Of a stretch of DNA of 64,000 nucleotides, positions 9,192 through 18,221 are shown piece by piece (within the stretch, counting starts at the first letter, position 1; each line of letters opens with the position of its first letter). The DNA lies in the IMG/VR virus record IMGVR_UViG_3300042922_000982, positions 93,407 to 157,406 of that record. One strand, written 5' to 3'. Origin of the DNA: a virus. Made by a program: the position numbers and the translations under genes. The notes below the pieces were generated by a model. That model saw only the letters and a list, made by a program, of their open reading frames with translations. It was not told the origin of the DNA and did not search any database.

Positions 9192-10817
9192 CTACTGCTC
9201 GTGGCCCTCCTGCGCGCGCTCGTGAAGGATGCTCGTGTACACGTCCGCCGCCGTACCCAGCGCGTGCAGCGGGTTGAGGCCGTGGCCCTTCTTGCCGTGC
9301 CCCTTGCCCTGTTTCTTGCCGTCGGCGTCGTGCGGCCCCTCGGGCAACTCGGGCGCCGTGCCGGGGAGGTCGTCCGCGTGATCGTGCGGATCCGAATCGT
9401 CGGCCACCGGGGGCTCGGCGCTCGCGCCGTCGGCCGCCGGGGCCTCGGCGGGTTCCGGGGCGCCCTCCTGGCCATCCTGGGCGCCCTCCGTGGGGGTGTC
9501 CGGGGCGGGGGTTGTGCCCTTCTTCTTGCCGCCCTGCTGCTCGCCGGTGTTGGCGTCCGTGACCGGCCATTCGCGCGTGGGGCGATCGCCGTCGCCCTCC
9601 GCGTCGGGCGCGGGGGCGCTGGGCGGCTCGGGCTCGGCCACCCCCGGCATGGGGGCCATGCGAGGCGCGTGCGGCGCCGCCGGAATGACCTCGTCGGCCG
9701 GAACCTGGGCCTGATCGGCCTCCGCCGTGGCGCGCTCCTCGTAATTGCCGACCCGCTCGGTGTGGGCGTCCTCGAGGGCCGCGTGCTGCTCGGTGGCGGT
9801 GGTGCCCGCAGGCGCCTTGGGGGGCGCCTTGCCCTCGGCCTTCGCCTTTTGGGCGGCCTTGTCGTGCTCGGCTTGCGCCTGCGTGGCCTCCTTGTCGGCG
9901 GCGGCGGCCAGGTCGGCCTTGGCCTTGACCTCGGCCTCGGTGGGCAGGGTGTTCACGGCCTGGCGAATGTCGGCCCAGGCGGTGTCCCACGCCGGGCCCT
10001 CGTGGCCGTTCGATTCGGTGTGGGCGTTGAAGTGGTGACCGAGGGCGATCGCCTCCTCTTTGGTGCTGGCCTGCATGGCCGCCACCTCGAAGTGGCCGGG
10101 GGTCTTGAGCTTGTCCGCCCCGCCGCGCACGAATCCGGGCACCGACGTGGGCGTCTTGGCCTCGCCGCTGCGCAGGCCGTCCGGGCTGGCCTGGCGCGCC
10201 TTGACCTTCACGCTGGAGCGCACGTCCGACGAGTCCCAGCCGCTCGCGGCCTGGCGGACCGCCTCGTACTGGCCGAGGACGTGGCCGTGCTCCGGGCTGC
10301 CCGGCGGCAGGGCGCGCAGGTGCGCGAGCATCTGGCTGCCCGCCTCGTGGAGGTGGTGCGGCGCGTCCGTGCCCATGGCCTGCTTGGAGGCCGCCTTCGG
10401 CTTGCCCTTGCCCTCGGCGCGCTTGGCGTTGGATGTTTTACCGGCGGCCGGGCCGGGGGCGGGGGCGTCGTGCGCCACCCGCTTGGCGCCGAGCTTGCTC
10501 AGGCGATCGGCGTGCGCGGCGCTGCCCGCGACGTGGAATTGGCCCCGGTGCGCGAAGATGGCCGCGCCGGGGGTCTTATTGGCGTGGGCTACCGCCTTTT
10601 TCTTGGAGGCGAAGGTGGTCACCTCGCCGCCCGCGCGCATCTTGGCGATCGCATCCACCATGGCCGTCTTGTTGACGGTCATCTGGTGCTGCTTGACCTG
10701 GATGACGTGCCCGTCTTTCGCGTGGGACTCGTGCGCCCGAACGTCGGTCATGCCCTTGACCATGTCCTCCAGCGCGGCGAGCGCCGTGTTCAGCTTGCCC
10801 CCGTTCGACGTGCCCAT
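9192..10817 (-). CDS. probable head-packaged protein with shared N-terminal motif and helical module shared with the MuF protein
   Basis: MVKG-MTDVRAHESHAKDGHVIQVKQH; acidic/Pro-rich C-terminus. Confidence 0.65.
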   Translation of the reverse strand: MGTSNGGKLNTALAALEDMVKGMTDVRAHESHAKDGHVIQVKQHQMTVNKTAMVDAIAKMRAGGEVTTFASKKKAVAHANKTPGAAIFAHRGQFHVAGSAAHADRLSKLGAKRVAHDAPAPGPAAGKTSNAKRAEGKGKPKAASKQAMGTDAPHHLHEAGSQMLAHLRALPPGSPEHGHVLGQYEAVRQAASGWDSSDVRSSVKVKARQASPDGLRSGEAKTPTSVPGFVRGGADKLKTPGHFEVAAMQASTKEEAIALGHHFNAHTESNGHEGPAWDTAWADIRQAVNTLPTEAEVKAKADLAAAADKEATQAQAEHDKAAQKAKAEGKAPPKAPAGTTATEQHAALEDAHTERVGNYEERATAEADQAQVPADEVIPAAPHAPRMAPMPGVAEPEPPSAPAPDAEGDGDRPTREWPVTDANTGEQQGGKKKGTTPAPDTPTEGAQDGQEGAPEPAEAPAADGASAEPPVADDSDPHDHADDLPGTAPELPEGPHDADGKKQGKGHGKKGHGLNPLHALGTAADVYTSILHERAQEGHEQ

Positions 10818-10818
10818 G

Positions 10819-12663
10819 CTACTTGCCCCCCTTCGCGGCCCGGATGGCCGCCTTCAACTCGCTCCACACCCGGTCCCACTCGGGCCCCGTCACCCTGGCA
10901 TGCGCCTTGTAGGACTCCATGTAGTGCGCCAAATCGACAAGCTCGTCGCGATCGCCCGCCATGTGGATGGCCAGCTCGAATTGGCGCGGGCTCTTCAGGT
11001 GCGCCGCGCCCCCCGTGACGAACGCGGGGGCATCCCCGAGCGGATCCGGCTTGGGCGGGGTGCGCCGGGCATGCCAATCGCTCACCGCGCCGCGCAGGGC
11101 CTCGTACTGCTTATGGACGTGCGCGTGGGCCTCGGAGCCGGGCCTTAGCGTGCGCAGGTGAGTGAGCGTCTGCATGGCGGCGGCGTGCAGGTGATCGGGG
11201 TGCTTGAGCCCCACCGCCTGCGGCATGGTCATGCGCGGGGCGTGCGCGGTGCCCTCCTCGAGATCCGCCTCGGCGGGCTTGCCCTTCTTGGCCGGTTTCG
11301 GCTTGGGTTTCGGCTTGGCGATCGCCTTCTCCATGGCCCACAGGGCGCCCTTGGCGATCGCGTCCATGCTCGGCGGCGCGGGCTCGGGCGCGATGGTCGC
11401 GACCAGGGCGGTGAGCGCCCCTAGCTCGTAGGTGTAGGGATTGGCGCCCGGCACGCGGCGCGCGGCCAGGCTCTTGACGATCTTGCCCACGGGTTTGGCC
11501 CTCCAGTTGTCGGGTTCTTTGGCCGCCACCGGGCTGGTGTGCGGGTAGCAGCGGCAGCGGGGATGCAGGGGTAGCAAATTGAGGATCTGGAGCAGGGAGT
11601 ACTTGCGCCCCTCGTGCGGCGCGCAGTGCTTGCAGACCTTGTCGTCGCCCATGGTGCGCAAGTAGACGTATTTATAGCCGTGCGCGCGCAGCACGTCGGC
11701 CACGCCGTGCGCGTAGCCCGCCGCCACCATGCACTCGGCGATCAGCTTGCTGCGGTGCATGCTATAGAGCTTGGAGAGCAGCGTGTCGACGTCGGCGGCC
11801 TCCCCGCGCGCGGCGATCATGGCCAGTTGGGTCTCGGTGGTGGCGCGGATGCGCCGCACGTTGCGCCGGGCGATCGCCTCCAGGCGCTTCTTGGTGGCGC
11901 CCCTGAACCCGCGCGTGCGATCGGGCGGCAGCTTGCCCCCTTTCGCGTCGTTGAGGATGGCGCGCGCGGCCTCGGCGCGGCCGAGCTTGGCGGCGCGCTC
12001 CAGGGCGTGCATGGTGAGGTCCGCGCCCTCCGCGTCGGAGCCCTTGTAGCGCGGCCGGGCCAAGTCCGAGAGCACCGGCCGGGCCTTGGGGTGCCCCTTG
12101 GGGTAGGGGGTGCCGATGGCCTTGGACAGCGTGAGGCCCTTCTCGCTCGCGATCGCCCGGACGTGCGCTTCGAGCCACGGCGCGAAGGCGTCTGCGAGCA
12201 CCCGCTCGACGCGCAGGCGCTCGTCGGTGAGGTCCAGCTCCTGCATGAGCCCGCGCGCCTTCTGCCCGACGAGCGCGCGGATGATCTCGCGGGTGGGCGG
12301 CATCAGCTTGGCCGGTAGCTGATCGGGGTAGACCCAGCGGGCCTCGTCGCTCTCGCGCTCGGCGATGCGGAGGGCGCCCTCGGGGTGGCGCATCAGGAAC
12401 GCCTTACCCACGCCGCCGGGGAAGGTGTAGTCCTGCGAGATGCCGGTATACGTGGCCGTGAGCCCGGTTTCCTCGAGTAGCTCGCGGTGCGCGCCCGCCA
12501 AAAACGACTCGCCGGGCTCCTTGCCGCCGCCGGGCAGGTTCCAGTGATCGCCGAACAACTCCTCGGTGGCGGGGCGGTGAAGCAGCAGCACGCGGCCCTG
12601 CGGGTCGACGACAACCGCGCGGGTGCCGGGCTTGAATTTCCAGGCGTCAGAAGCTTCGGGCAT
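10819..12663 (-). CDS. Nudix hydrolase fused to MuF/SPP1 gp7-like head morphogenesis protein
   Basis: Nudix box GGGKEPGESFLAGAHRELLEETGL; MuF motif DDKVCKHC..PLHPRCRC; GAGG before ATG 12663; close to portal. Confidence 0.85.
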   Translation of the reverse strand: MPEASDAWKFKPGTRAVVVDPQGRVLLLHRPATEELFGDHWNLPGGGKEPGESFLAGAHRELLEETGLTATYTGISQDYTFPGGVGKAFLMRHPEGALRIAERESDEARWVYPDQLPAKLMPPTREIIRALVGQKARGLMQELDLTDERLRVERVLADAFAPWLEAHVRAIASEKGLTLSKAIGTPYPKGHPKARPVLSDLARPRYKGSDAEGADLTMHALERAAKLGRAEAARAILNDAKGGKLPPDRTRGFRGATKKRLEAIARRNVRRIRATTETQLAMIAARGEAADVDTLLSKLYSMHRSKLIAECMVAAGYAHGVADVLRAHGYKYVYLRTMGDDKVCKHCAPHEGRKYSLLQILNLLPLHPRCRCYPHTSPVAAKEPDNWRAKPVGKIVKSLAARRVPGANPYTYELGALTALVATIAPEPAPPSMDAIAKGALWAMEKAIAKPKPKPKPAKKGKPAEADLEEGTAHAPRMTMPQAVGLKHPDHLHAAAMQTLTHLRTLRPGSEAHAHVHKQYEALRGAVSDWHARRTPPKPDPLGDAPAFVTGGAAHLKSPRQFELAIHMAGDRDELVDLAHYMESYKAHARVTGPEWDRVWSELKAAIRAAKGGK

Positions 12664-12696
12664 GGGCATCCTCGGGGAAACGGGCGATCGGACCTC

Positions 12697-12707
12697 CATT
12701 GTAGCGG
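12697..12707 (-). promoter_or_regulatory. -10 box motif CCGCTACAATG
   Basis: TACAAT upstream of MuF gene; repeated at 19379-19389 and, as GCTACAATG, at 46274-46282. Confidence 0.55.
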
Positions 12708-12725
12708 CAGATGCGTCCGAAAGGG

Positions 12726-12764
12726 CCGAAACCGCCAGGCCGCTTGTGGGCCTGGCGGTTTCGG
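12726..12764 (-). terminator. 16-bp perfect hairpin
   Basis: CCGAAACCGCCAGGCC / GGCCTGGCGGTTTCGG just after the 12786 stop. Confidence 0.6.
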
Positions 12765-12785
12765 GATAACGGGCGATCGCCGCAC

Positions 12786-13220
12786 TTACGCCTGGGCGGG
12801 CGATTCCGGGGCGGGGTCGCCCGCGATAGCGAGCAGGAGCTTGCGGTAGCCGTCGTCCTGGGCGATCGCCAGGTTGTCGCGCTCGCCGCTGCCGGGCTGC
12901 GCCAGCACATGGGACGTGGCGATGGCGAACCCGAGCAGGACGTGCATCCGCTGGGGGAGCGTCTCCGGATTCGGCGGCATCGCGATCGCCTCGTACTCGG
13001 CGGCCAACGCGGCCAGGGCCGGTTTGTCGAGCGCGAGGGTCATCTGCAAGGGCAGGAGCGCCGCCTTGCACTCGGCGACCACCTCCGCTCGGTGCGACGC
13101 CGGGAAGCGGTCCAGGGCGGTGAATAGCGAGCGGTAGCCCGCGCGCAGAGCGTCGAGGGCCGTAGCCATGGCCGCAGCGGCGGCGATCGTGGCCGGATCG
13201 TTGGCGTCAAGCGTCTCCAT
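12786..13220 (-). CDS. hypothetical protein
   Basis: start overlaps upstream stop. Confidence 0.65.
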   Translation of the reverse strand: METLDANDPATIAAAAAMATALDALRAGYRSLFTALDRFPASHRAEVVAECKAALLPLQMTLALDKPALAALAAEYEAIAMPPNPETLPQRMHVLLGFAIATSHVLAQPGSGERDNLAIAQDDGYRKLLLAIAGDPAPESPAQA

Positions 13221-14218
13221 TACAGCTTACCCGCCTTGTCGGCCTTGGCGACCCGCTTGGCCTTGGTGCCGGGAACCCTGGAGAACAGGTCGTCGGCCAC
13301 CGAGGCTGGCAGATCGGTGCTTTTGGGAATGGGCGCCACCTTCTTCTCGGGCGCGGCGGCCTCGGCCTCGCGCAATCGGGCAATCAGGGTCGCCTTCTCG
13401 TCGGCGGTGAGGGTGTGCCCGTCGATCGTCACATCCTTGGCGCCCTCGTACAGCGCCGCCATGCCGACCAGCCCGGTCAGGTCGTAGGTGGCGGCATCGA
13501 ACGGCCCGTCGTCATCCTGCTCGTCGTCCTGCTCGGCGGCGGCGATCGCCGCGCCCAAAGGCGTCTCCGAGAAGGGCTTGGCGCCCTGGGCCTTGTCGGC
13601 TTCTTTTTGTTTGACCCAATCGGGGGCCGTGCGAATGGCCACGCGGTAGGCGTCCATGAGCTCGAATTCCTCGATCAGGTACGCGCCCTCCGCCTGTACC
13701 TGCAAGCCGCAACTCATGACGTCGCCGTGGCCGAACTCCATCTTCTCGTCGTCGTAGAGCCCGAAGCCCAAGAGGGCCACGCGATCGCCCTCCTTGCGCT
13801 GCGGGCGGCCGGTGCCGATGCTGGCCGACTCGAGGATGATGCTGACCTTCTCCTCGTCGAGGCGGATGTTGCCGGTGCGGCCGTCGGGCAAGATGGGCGC
13901 CGAGCGCAGGACCAATTCGTAGAGGCCGCGCACCTTGAACGTGCGGTCGAGGAAATCGCCGTGGGCCTTGATGCGGAACTTGAGCTTGATGCCCTCCTCG
14001 TAGCCCGCATGCTTGAACTTGGCGACCGTCACGACGCCGTCGTCGGCGTCCTCGTCCTGGCCGACGTGCACGCAGCGGACGACGCAATTGAAGCGGTTAT
14101 TGAACTTGTCGGGGTCGTAGTTGGCGCCGTCGGCGGCCAGCGAGCCGTCGGTGAGGTCGAGCCCCGGCGGCAGGCCGTCGAGGTTGGGGTCGGGCGCGGC
14201 AGATTCGATGATGGCCAT
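13220..14218 (-). CDS. hypothetical acidic protein
   Basis: ACCGAAAGGA leader; 332 aa. Confidence 0.75.
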   Translation of the reverse strand: MAIIESAAPDPNLDGLPPGLDLTDGSLAADGANYDPDKFNNRFNCVVRCVHVGQDEDADDGVVTVAKFKHAGYEEGIKLKFRIKAHGDFLDRTFKVRGLYELVLRSAPILPDGRTGNIRLDEEKVSIILESASIGTGRPQRKEGDRVALLGFGLYDDEKMEFGHGDVMSCGLQVQAEGAYLIEEFELMDAYRVAIRTAPDWVKQKEADKAQGAKPFSETPLGAAIAAAEQDDEQDDDGPFDAATYDLTGLVGMAALYEGAKDVTIDGHTLTADEKATLIARLREAEAAAPEKKVAPIPKSTDLPASVADDLFSRVPGTKAKRVAKADKAGKL

Positions 14219-14282
14219 GGCGGTGGTGTCCTTTCGGTGGTGGCGGAGGCGATCGCCCCCGGCTATGGGGGTGTAAACGGGT

Positions 14283-14323
14283 AAACCCGGCGCCGCAGGG
14301 TCGGCGCCGGGTCCAGTATACCC
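14283..14323 (-). promoter_or_regulatory. TATACT -10 box followed directly by a GC hairpin
   Basis: GGGTATACTGG then CCCGGCGCCG..CGGCGCCGGG-TTT. Confidence 0.45.
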
Positions 14324-14443
14324 CGTCGGGGCGGTTGCTTGCTACCGGGGCGGGTAGTACAGGATCACCGGCCGGATGATCCCGACGCGCGGCGGCTCGG
14401 GAGCGATCGCCGGAAGGGGCATGGGCTTGTGGGCGATCGCCAT

Positions 14444-14668
14444 CTACGCCTCCGGCTCGGCGTCGGGGGCGTCGAGATCCTCGATCGTCACGCGGTAGCG
14501 GTGCCCGAAGGTGTAGGTGGCGGCGGTGGCCTGGGCGTCGACCAGGGTGACGGCCTGGTGCGCGCTCACGAGGCCGACCCGGAAGGCGTCCGCGCCGAGC
14601 GGGCCCTCGCCGGGGTGGCGCTCCAGGCGATCGCAGGTGCCGGTGTACTGGGTGATGATGCGGGGCAT
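14444..14668 (-). CDS. hypothetical protein
   Basis: ACCGAAAGGA leader. Confidence 0.6.
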   Translation of the reverse strand: MPRIITQYTGTCDRLERHPGEGPLGADAFRVGLVSAHQAVTLVDAQATAATYTFGHRYRVTIEDLDAPDAEPEA

Positions 14669-14954
14669 GGGTGTCCTTTCGGTGGTGGGGTCAGCGGCGG
14701 CCCCGTGGGGCCTGGTGCGAGCGGTTGGGGATGTGGTCCGGCTTGCGGCGGCGCCGCTTGCGGAAGCCTTTCGGCTTGGGCTTGGGGTTGGGGATGTGCA
14801 TCAAGAGGGGGCTATCGTCGTCCTCGAGGACCTCGAAGACGTGAACGAACACGCCGTCGAGGCGGAAGCCCTCGCGGGTGTTGCGGAAGTTGAGCGGCAC
14901 GAAGGCGCCGTCGTCCGGCGATCGCCCATGGCCCTGCACACCCCCCACGACCCG

Positions 14955-15107
14955 CTACGCCTCGGCCGTCTGTTCGGCGGGCTTTTCCTCGTCCTCATCC
15001 GGCTTCACCGCGCCGGGCCACACGCCCTGCAAGTGCGGGGCGATCGCCTTTTCGAGGTCCGGGTCGAGCACGTCGTTCATGCCCTTGCGCAGATCGTTGT
15101 CGAACAT
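14955..15107 (-). CDS. 50-aa acidic peptide not in the ORF track (MFDNDLRKGMNDVLDPDLEKAIAPH...)
   Basis: AAGGAG before ATG 15107, TAG at 14955; directly downstream of portal. Confidence 0.65.
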   Translation of the reverse strand: MFDNDLRKGMNDVLDPDLEKAIAPHLQGVWPGAVKPDEDEEKPAEQTAEA

Positions 15108-15153
15108 GGGGTTTCTCCTTGTGCTTGAACGGCTCGCGCCGTTCGTTGGGGGG

Positions 15154-16809
15154 TTACGCGGGCTCCTCGCTGCCGTCGGGGTTCACCTTGGGCAAGCTGG
15201 GGGGCGCTGCGCCCTGCGGGGCGCCTTGATCGCCCTGGGCGGCCTGCTGGCCACCGGGGGCGCCTTGCTGGGCATCCTGGCCGCCGTCCTGGCCGCCTTG
15301 ATCGCCATCGTCGCCGTTCATCATGCCCTGCGCTTGCAGGTCGGCCTGCTTGTACATCTGCCACGCCTGGAACAGGGTCGGATCCTTGGGGATGTCGCCC
15401 CAGAATTGCTCCTCGGGGACGGCTTTCAGGTCGAATTCGGCGCGCACCTCGTTGACGGTCTTGATGCCCGCCTGCATGAACTTGGTGGCGGTGTCGACCT
15501 TGGTGCTGACCTGATCGGGGTCGAGGCCGGTCCAGGCGAATTCCAGCTCGCCTGAAGGGTCGAGCCGCGACATGATGTCGTCGTTGATGCCCGATTGCAG
15601 GCGGTTGAGCAGGGGGATCAGGCCCTTCGATTGGCTGTGAACGAGCGTGGCCTCGTTGTTGCCCTGGTTGCCGAGCCCGCCCGGCTCGCCCGCGCCCTTG
15701 GCGCCGAAGCCGATCTCCTCGCGATCGCACTGGTAGAGCGCGCAGATGATCGTGATCAAGAAATCGAGCCACTCGTGGAACTCCATGTCCTTGTTGCTGT
15801 TCTTGATGCTCGTCCAGTTGACGCCCTTGCCCTCCTTGAAGGCCATGACCGGCACGCGGTGGCTGTTGCCGACGCCGGAGACCATGGCGTTCCAGTAGCG
15901 CGTGAAGTTCTCAAGCTGCTCGGAGGTGTACTGGCCCATCAGGCTCAAGACGCCCTCGGGGATGTTGCCGTGGGTGAAGTAACGGCTGTTGTAGGTCATG
16001 GAATTCAAGAAGCCGGTCACGGTCTCGATCATGCCCTCGACCTCGCTGAAGCCGTAGCCGTTGGCCGTCAGGTCGGTGCGCGGGTTGCGGATCCAGTAGG
16101 CCAGCTCGCGATCGGTGAAATCGGCGTAGGGCTGGCCGTTGACGATCTGCACGAAGGCGATCTCGTCGGATTCGTCGTGGGGGACGCCGCCGTACCCGGC
16201 GCCGCGCATGCCGACCACCGACGCCATGTTGGCGTTCAAGAATCCGGCGTTGGCGCGGTAGCCGGGCGCGGCGATCTCGATGGTCGCGCCGTCGACCGCG
16301 AACCAATCGAACAGGGCGCCCTTGGCATCGTCGCGAATTTCGATGGCCATGGCGTCCAGGTTGAGCGTGTCGCGGACGATCGCGCGCAGGAACGGATCCA
16401 GGCTGGGCCGCTTGCCCTTCTCGGGGGGCGCCACGCCGCACTTGAGGATGGTCTCCTCGTAGGCGCGCATCAGCTTCTTGGCCGCCGGGCCCGTGCGCTG
16501 ATCGCGGTCCTTCATGCGCACCTCGAAGCCCATGTCGCCTTCGTAGTGCGGGCGGCGGGCGAAGCGGGCCACCTGGTTCTGGCGGGTCAGGATCACCGCG
16601 CCGATCGGCTGGCAGGCGCGGGCCACCTCGCGCAGGGTGTGCAGGCTGAGGCTGTTGGCCTGGCGCGGGCGCGTGCCCATCACCTGCCACATGACGTTGG
16701 TGGGGTCGTAGAGGTGCGCGTGCAGGGGGTTGATCGCGCCCGGCTGGGCCTGCGCCTGCGTCTGCGCCGCCTTGCCGCGTGCCAGCTTGTCCTTGTGCTT
16801 CTTCGCCAT
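15154..16809 (-). CDS. portal protein (Twort/SPO1-like)
   Basis: NGYGFSEVE, YFTHGNIPEGVL, DMEFHEWLDFLITIICALY..EEIGF, SQSKGLIPLL; GGAGG RBS. Confidence 0.92.
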   Translation of the reverse strand: MAKKHKDKLARGKAAQTQAQAQPGAINPLHAHLYDPTNVMWQVMGTRPRQANSLSLHTLREVARACQPIGAVILTRQNQVARFARRPHYEGDMGFEVRMKDRDQRTGPAAKKLMRAYEETILKCGVAPPEKGKRPSLDPFLRAIVRDTLNLDAMAIEIRDDAKGALFDWFAVDGATIEIAAPGYRANAGFLNANMASVVGMRGAGYGGVPHDESDEIAFVQIVNGQPYADFTDRELAYWIRNPRTDLTANGYGFSEVEGMIETVTGFLNSMTYNSRYFTHGNIPEGVLSLMGQYTSEQLENFTRYWNAMVSGVGNSHRVPVMAFKEGKGVNWTSIKNSNKDMEFHEWLDFLITIICALYQCDREEIGFGAKGAGEPGGLGNQGNNEATLVHSQSKGLIPLLNRLQSGINDDIMSRLDPSGELEFAWTGLDPDQVSTKVDTATKFMQAGIKTVNEVRAEFDLKAVPEEQFWGDIPKDPTLFQAWQMYKQADLQAQGMMNGDDGDQGGQDGGQDAQQGAPGGQQAAQGDQGAPQGAAPPSLPKVNPDGSEEPA

Positions 16810-16831
16810 GGGGCCTCCGGTGATCAAAACG

Positions 16832-16871
16832 GCTGGGGGTGGGAATGCCAAGCAAGCACCCCACCCCCAGC
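16832..16871 (-). terminator. hairpin with T tract upstream of portal
   Basis: GCTGGGGGTGGG / CCCACCCCCAGC followed by CGTTTT. Confidence 0.5.
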
Positions 16872-16914
16872 TTACCTCTACCCGCTGGCACCCAGCGGGC
16901 GTTTCGCCACCGAC

Positions 16915-18099
16915 TTACTCGGCGATCGCCCCGCTCTCGTCGGTGGGGGCCGCCGCCGGGGCGTCCGGGGCGTCCGGCGCCTCGCCCTTGGCCGCGCGGG
17001 CGCGGCGCTTCTCCTCGAGGGTGAGCGGGCGCTCGTGCCCCTTGCGGATCAAGCAGGTGTAACAGGCGTTGCAGCGCTGGCGCGCCACCACCTTGTCGTG
17101 CCCGCAATTGCCGCACACCACCCCGGCCGCCGATTGGCGCGGCGCCTTCGGCTCCTTGGCCGCCTTCGGCTCCTTGGCGGGCTTGGGTTCCTTGGCCGCC
17201 TTGGGCGCCTTCTCCTTCTTGGGGGCGGGCGCGGTGCCGTCGGGCGTGGTCCAGGTGGCCTTGCCCTTGGCCGGGGCGGGCGCGGTGAAGGGCTGTTCGA
17301 TGACCGGCACCATCTCGCCGGTCGCTGCGTAGGGGCCGCTGGCCTTCTTCGGCTCGGCGATCGCCGCTTCGGCCGCCTCGCGGGTGGGGTAGAAGTTGTG
17401 GGGGCCGGGCACCTCGGCGTTCACGTACAGCGGCACCACGATCGTCTGGCCGTCGACCTCGTCGTGGCAGTAGCCGATCGGCTCGCGCTCCACCACGCCC
17501 ATGTCGGTGGCGATCGCCTCAAGGGCCGGGCCCTCGGCGGTGGCCAGGTGGGCATCCTGGGCGGCCTGGTGCGACGCGATCGCCAGGTCGGCGCCCGCCT
17601 GCTCGGCCGGGGTGGGGAAGGCGTCGGCCTGCAACTCGGCCTCGGAGAGCGTGGTGTCCTCGGCGTGGGGCGGGGTCGCCATGGCCGCGAGGGCCGCCTT
17701 GTTCTTCTTGCTGCGCACGGCCACCGGCTCATCGGCCGCCGGGGCCGCCTCGGGCTCGGCGATCGCCGCCTTGGCCTTCTTGGCCTTGGGGGCCGGGGCC
17801 TCGGTGTCGGCGGGCTCGTCGGCGTCGGTGTAGGCGGGCAGGTCGAGCACGTCGGCGAGATCCGGGTGCTTCTCGGCCATGATCACGCCGTAGGCGGTCG
17901 CGTAGGTGTTGTCGATGCTGACGTTGTAGTGCGTGCGCAGGTGCTTGAAGATGCCGCGCGGGGAGAGCTTCTGGCCCTCGGAGGCGGCCTGGATGGCGCA
18001 TTGGGTGAACTGGTTGGCGACCTTGGGGTTGCGGTCGTTGTAGCGCGCCACGTAGGCGCGGGATTCCTTGGTGATGGTGATGGCGTTCTGGGTGACCAT
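16915..18099 (-). CDS. protein with low-complexity middle and C-terminal GATA-like Zn finger
   Basis: CGNC-x9-RCNACY..RKGHERPL; KAAKEPK repeats; GAGGAG RBS. Confidence 0.7.
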   Translation of the reverse strand: MVTQNAITITKESRAYVARYNDRNPKVANQFTQCAIQAASEGQKLSPRGIFKHLRTHYNVSIDNTYATAYGVIMAEKHPDLADVLDLPAYTDADEPADTEAPAPKAKKAKAAIAEPEAAPAADEPVAVRSKKNKAALAAMATPPHAEDTTLSEAELQADAFPTPAEQAGADLAIASHQAAQDAHLATAEGPALEAIATDMGVVEREPIGYCHDEVDGQTIVVPLYVNAEVPGPHNFYPTREAAEAAIAEPKKASGPYAATGEMVPVIEQPFTAPAPAKGKATWTTPDGTAPAPKKEKAPKAAKEPKPAKEPKAAKEPKAPRQSAAGVVCGNCGHDKVVARQRCNACYTCLIRKGHERPLTLEEKRRARAAKGEAPDAPDAPAAAPTDESGAIAE

Positions 18100-18221
18100 T
18101 GACGGGGTTCTCCTCTCGGTGTATAGTGGGGCCTTGCAACCTTTCCATGGCGGAAAGGCAGCGGTTCTCCGTAGGGCCTGGGATCTTGGCGGTTCCCTTG
18201 CCCGAAGAAGATGGGTCGGTT

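Noticed and set aside
10819-13071. Upstream-extended starts in the ORF track (also 6621, 16851, 18570, 54698, 62850)
   Set aside because: Extensions overlap other genes or hairpins; downstream starts have clear RBS or stop/start coupling
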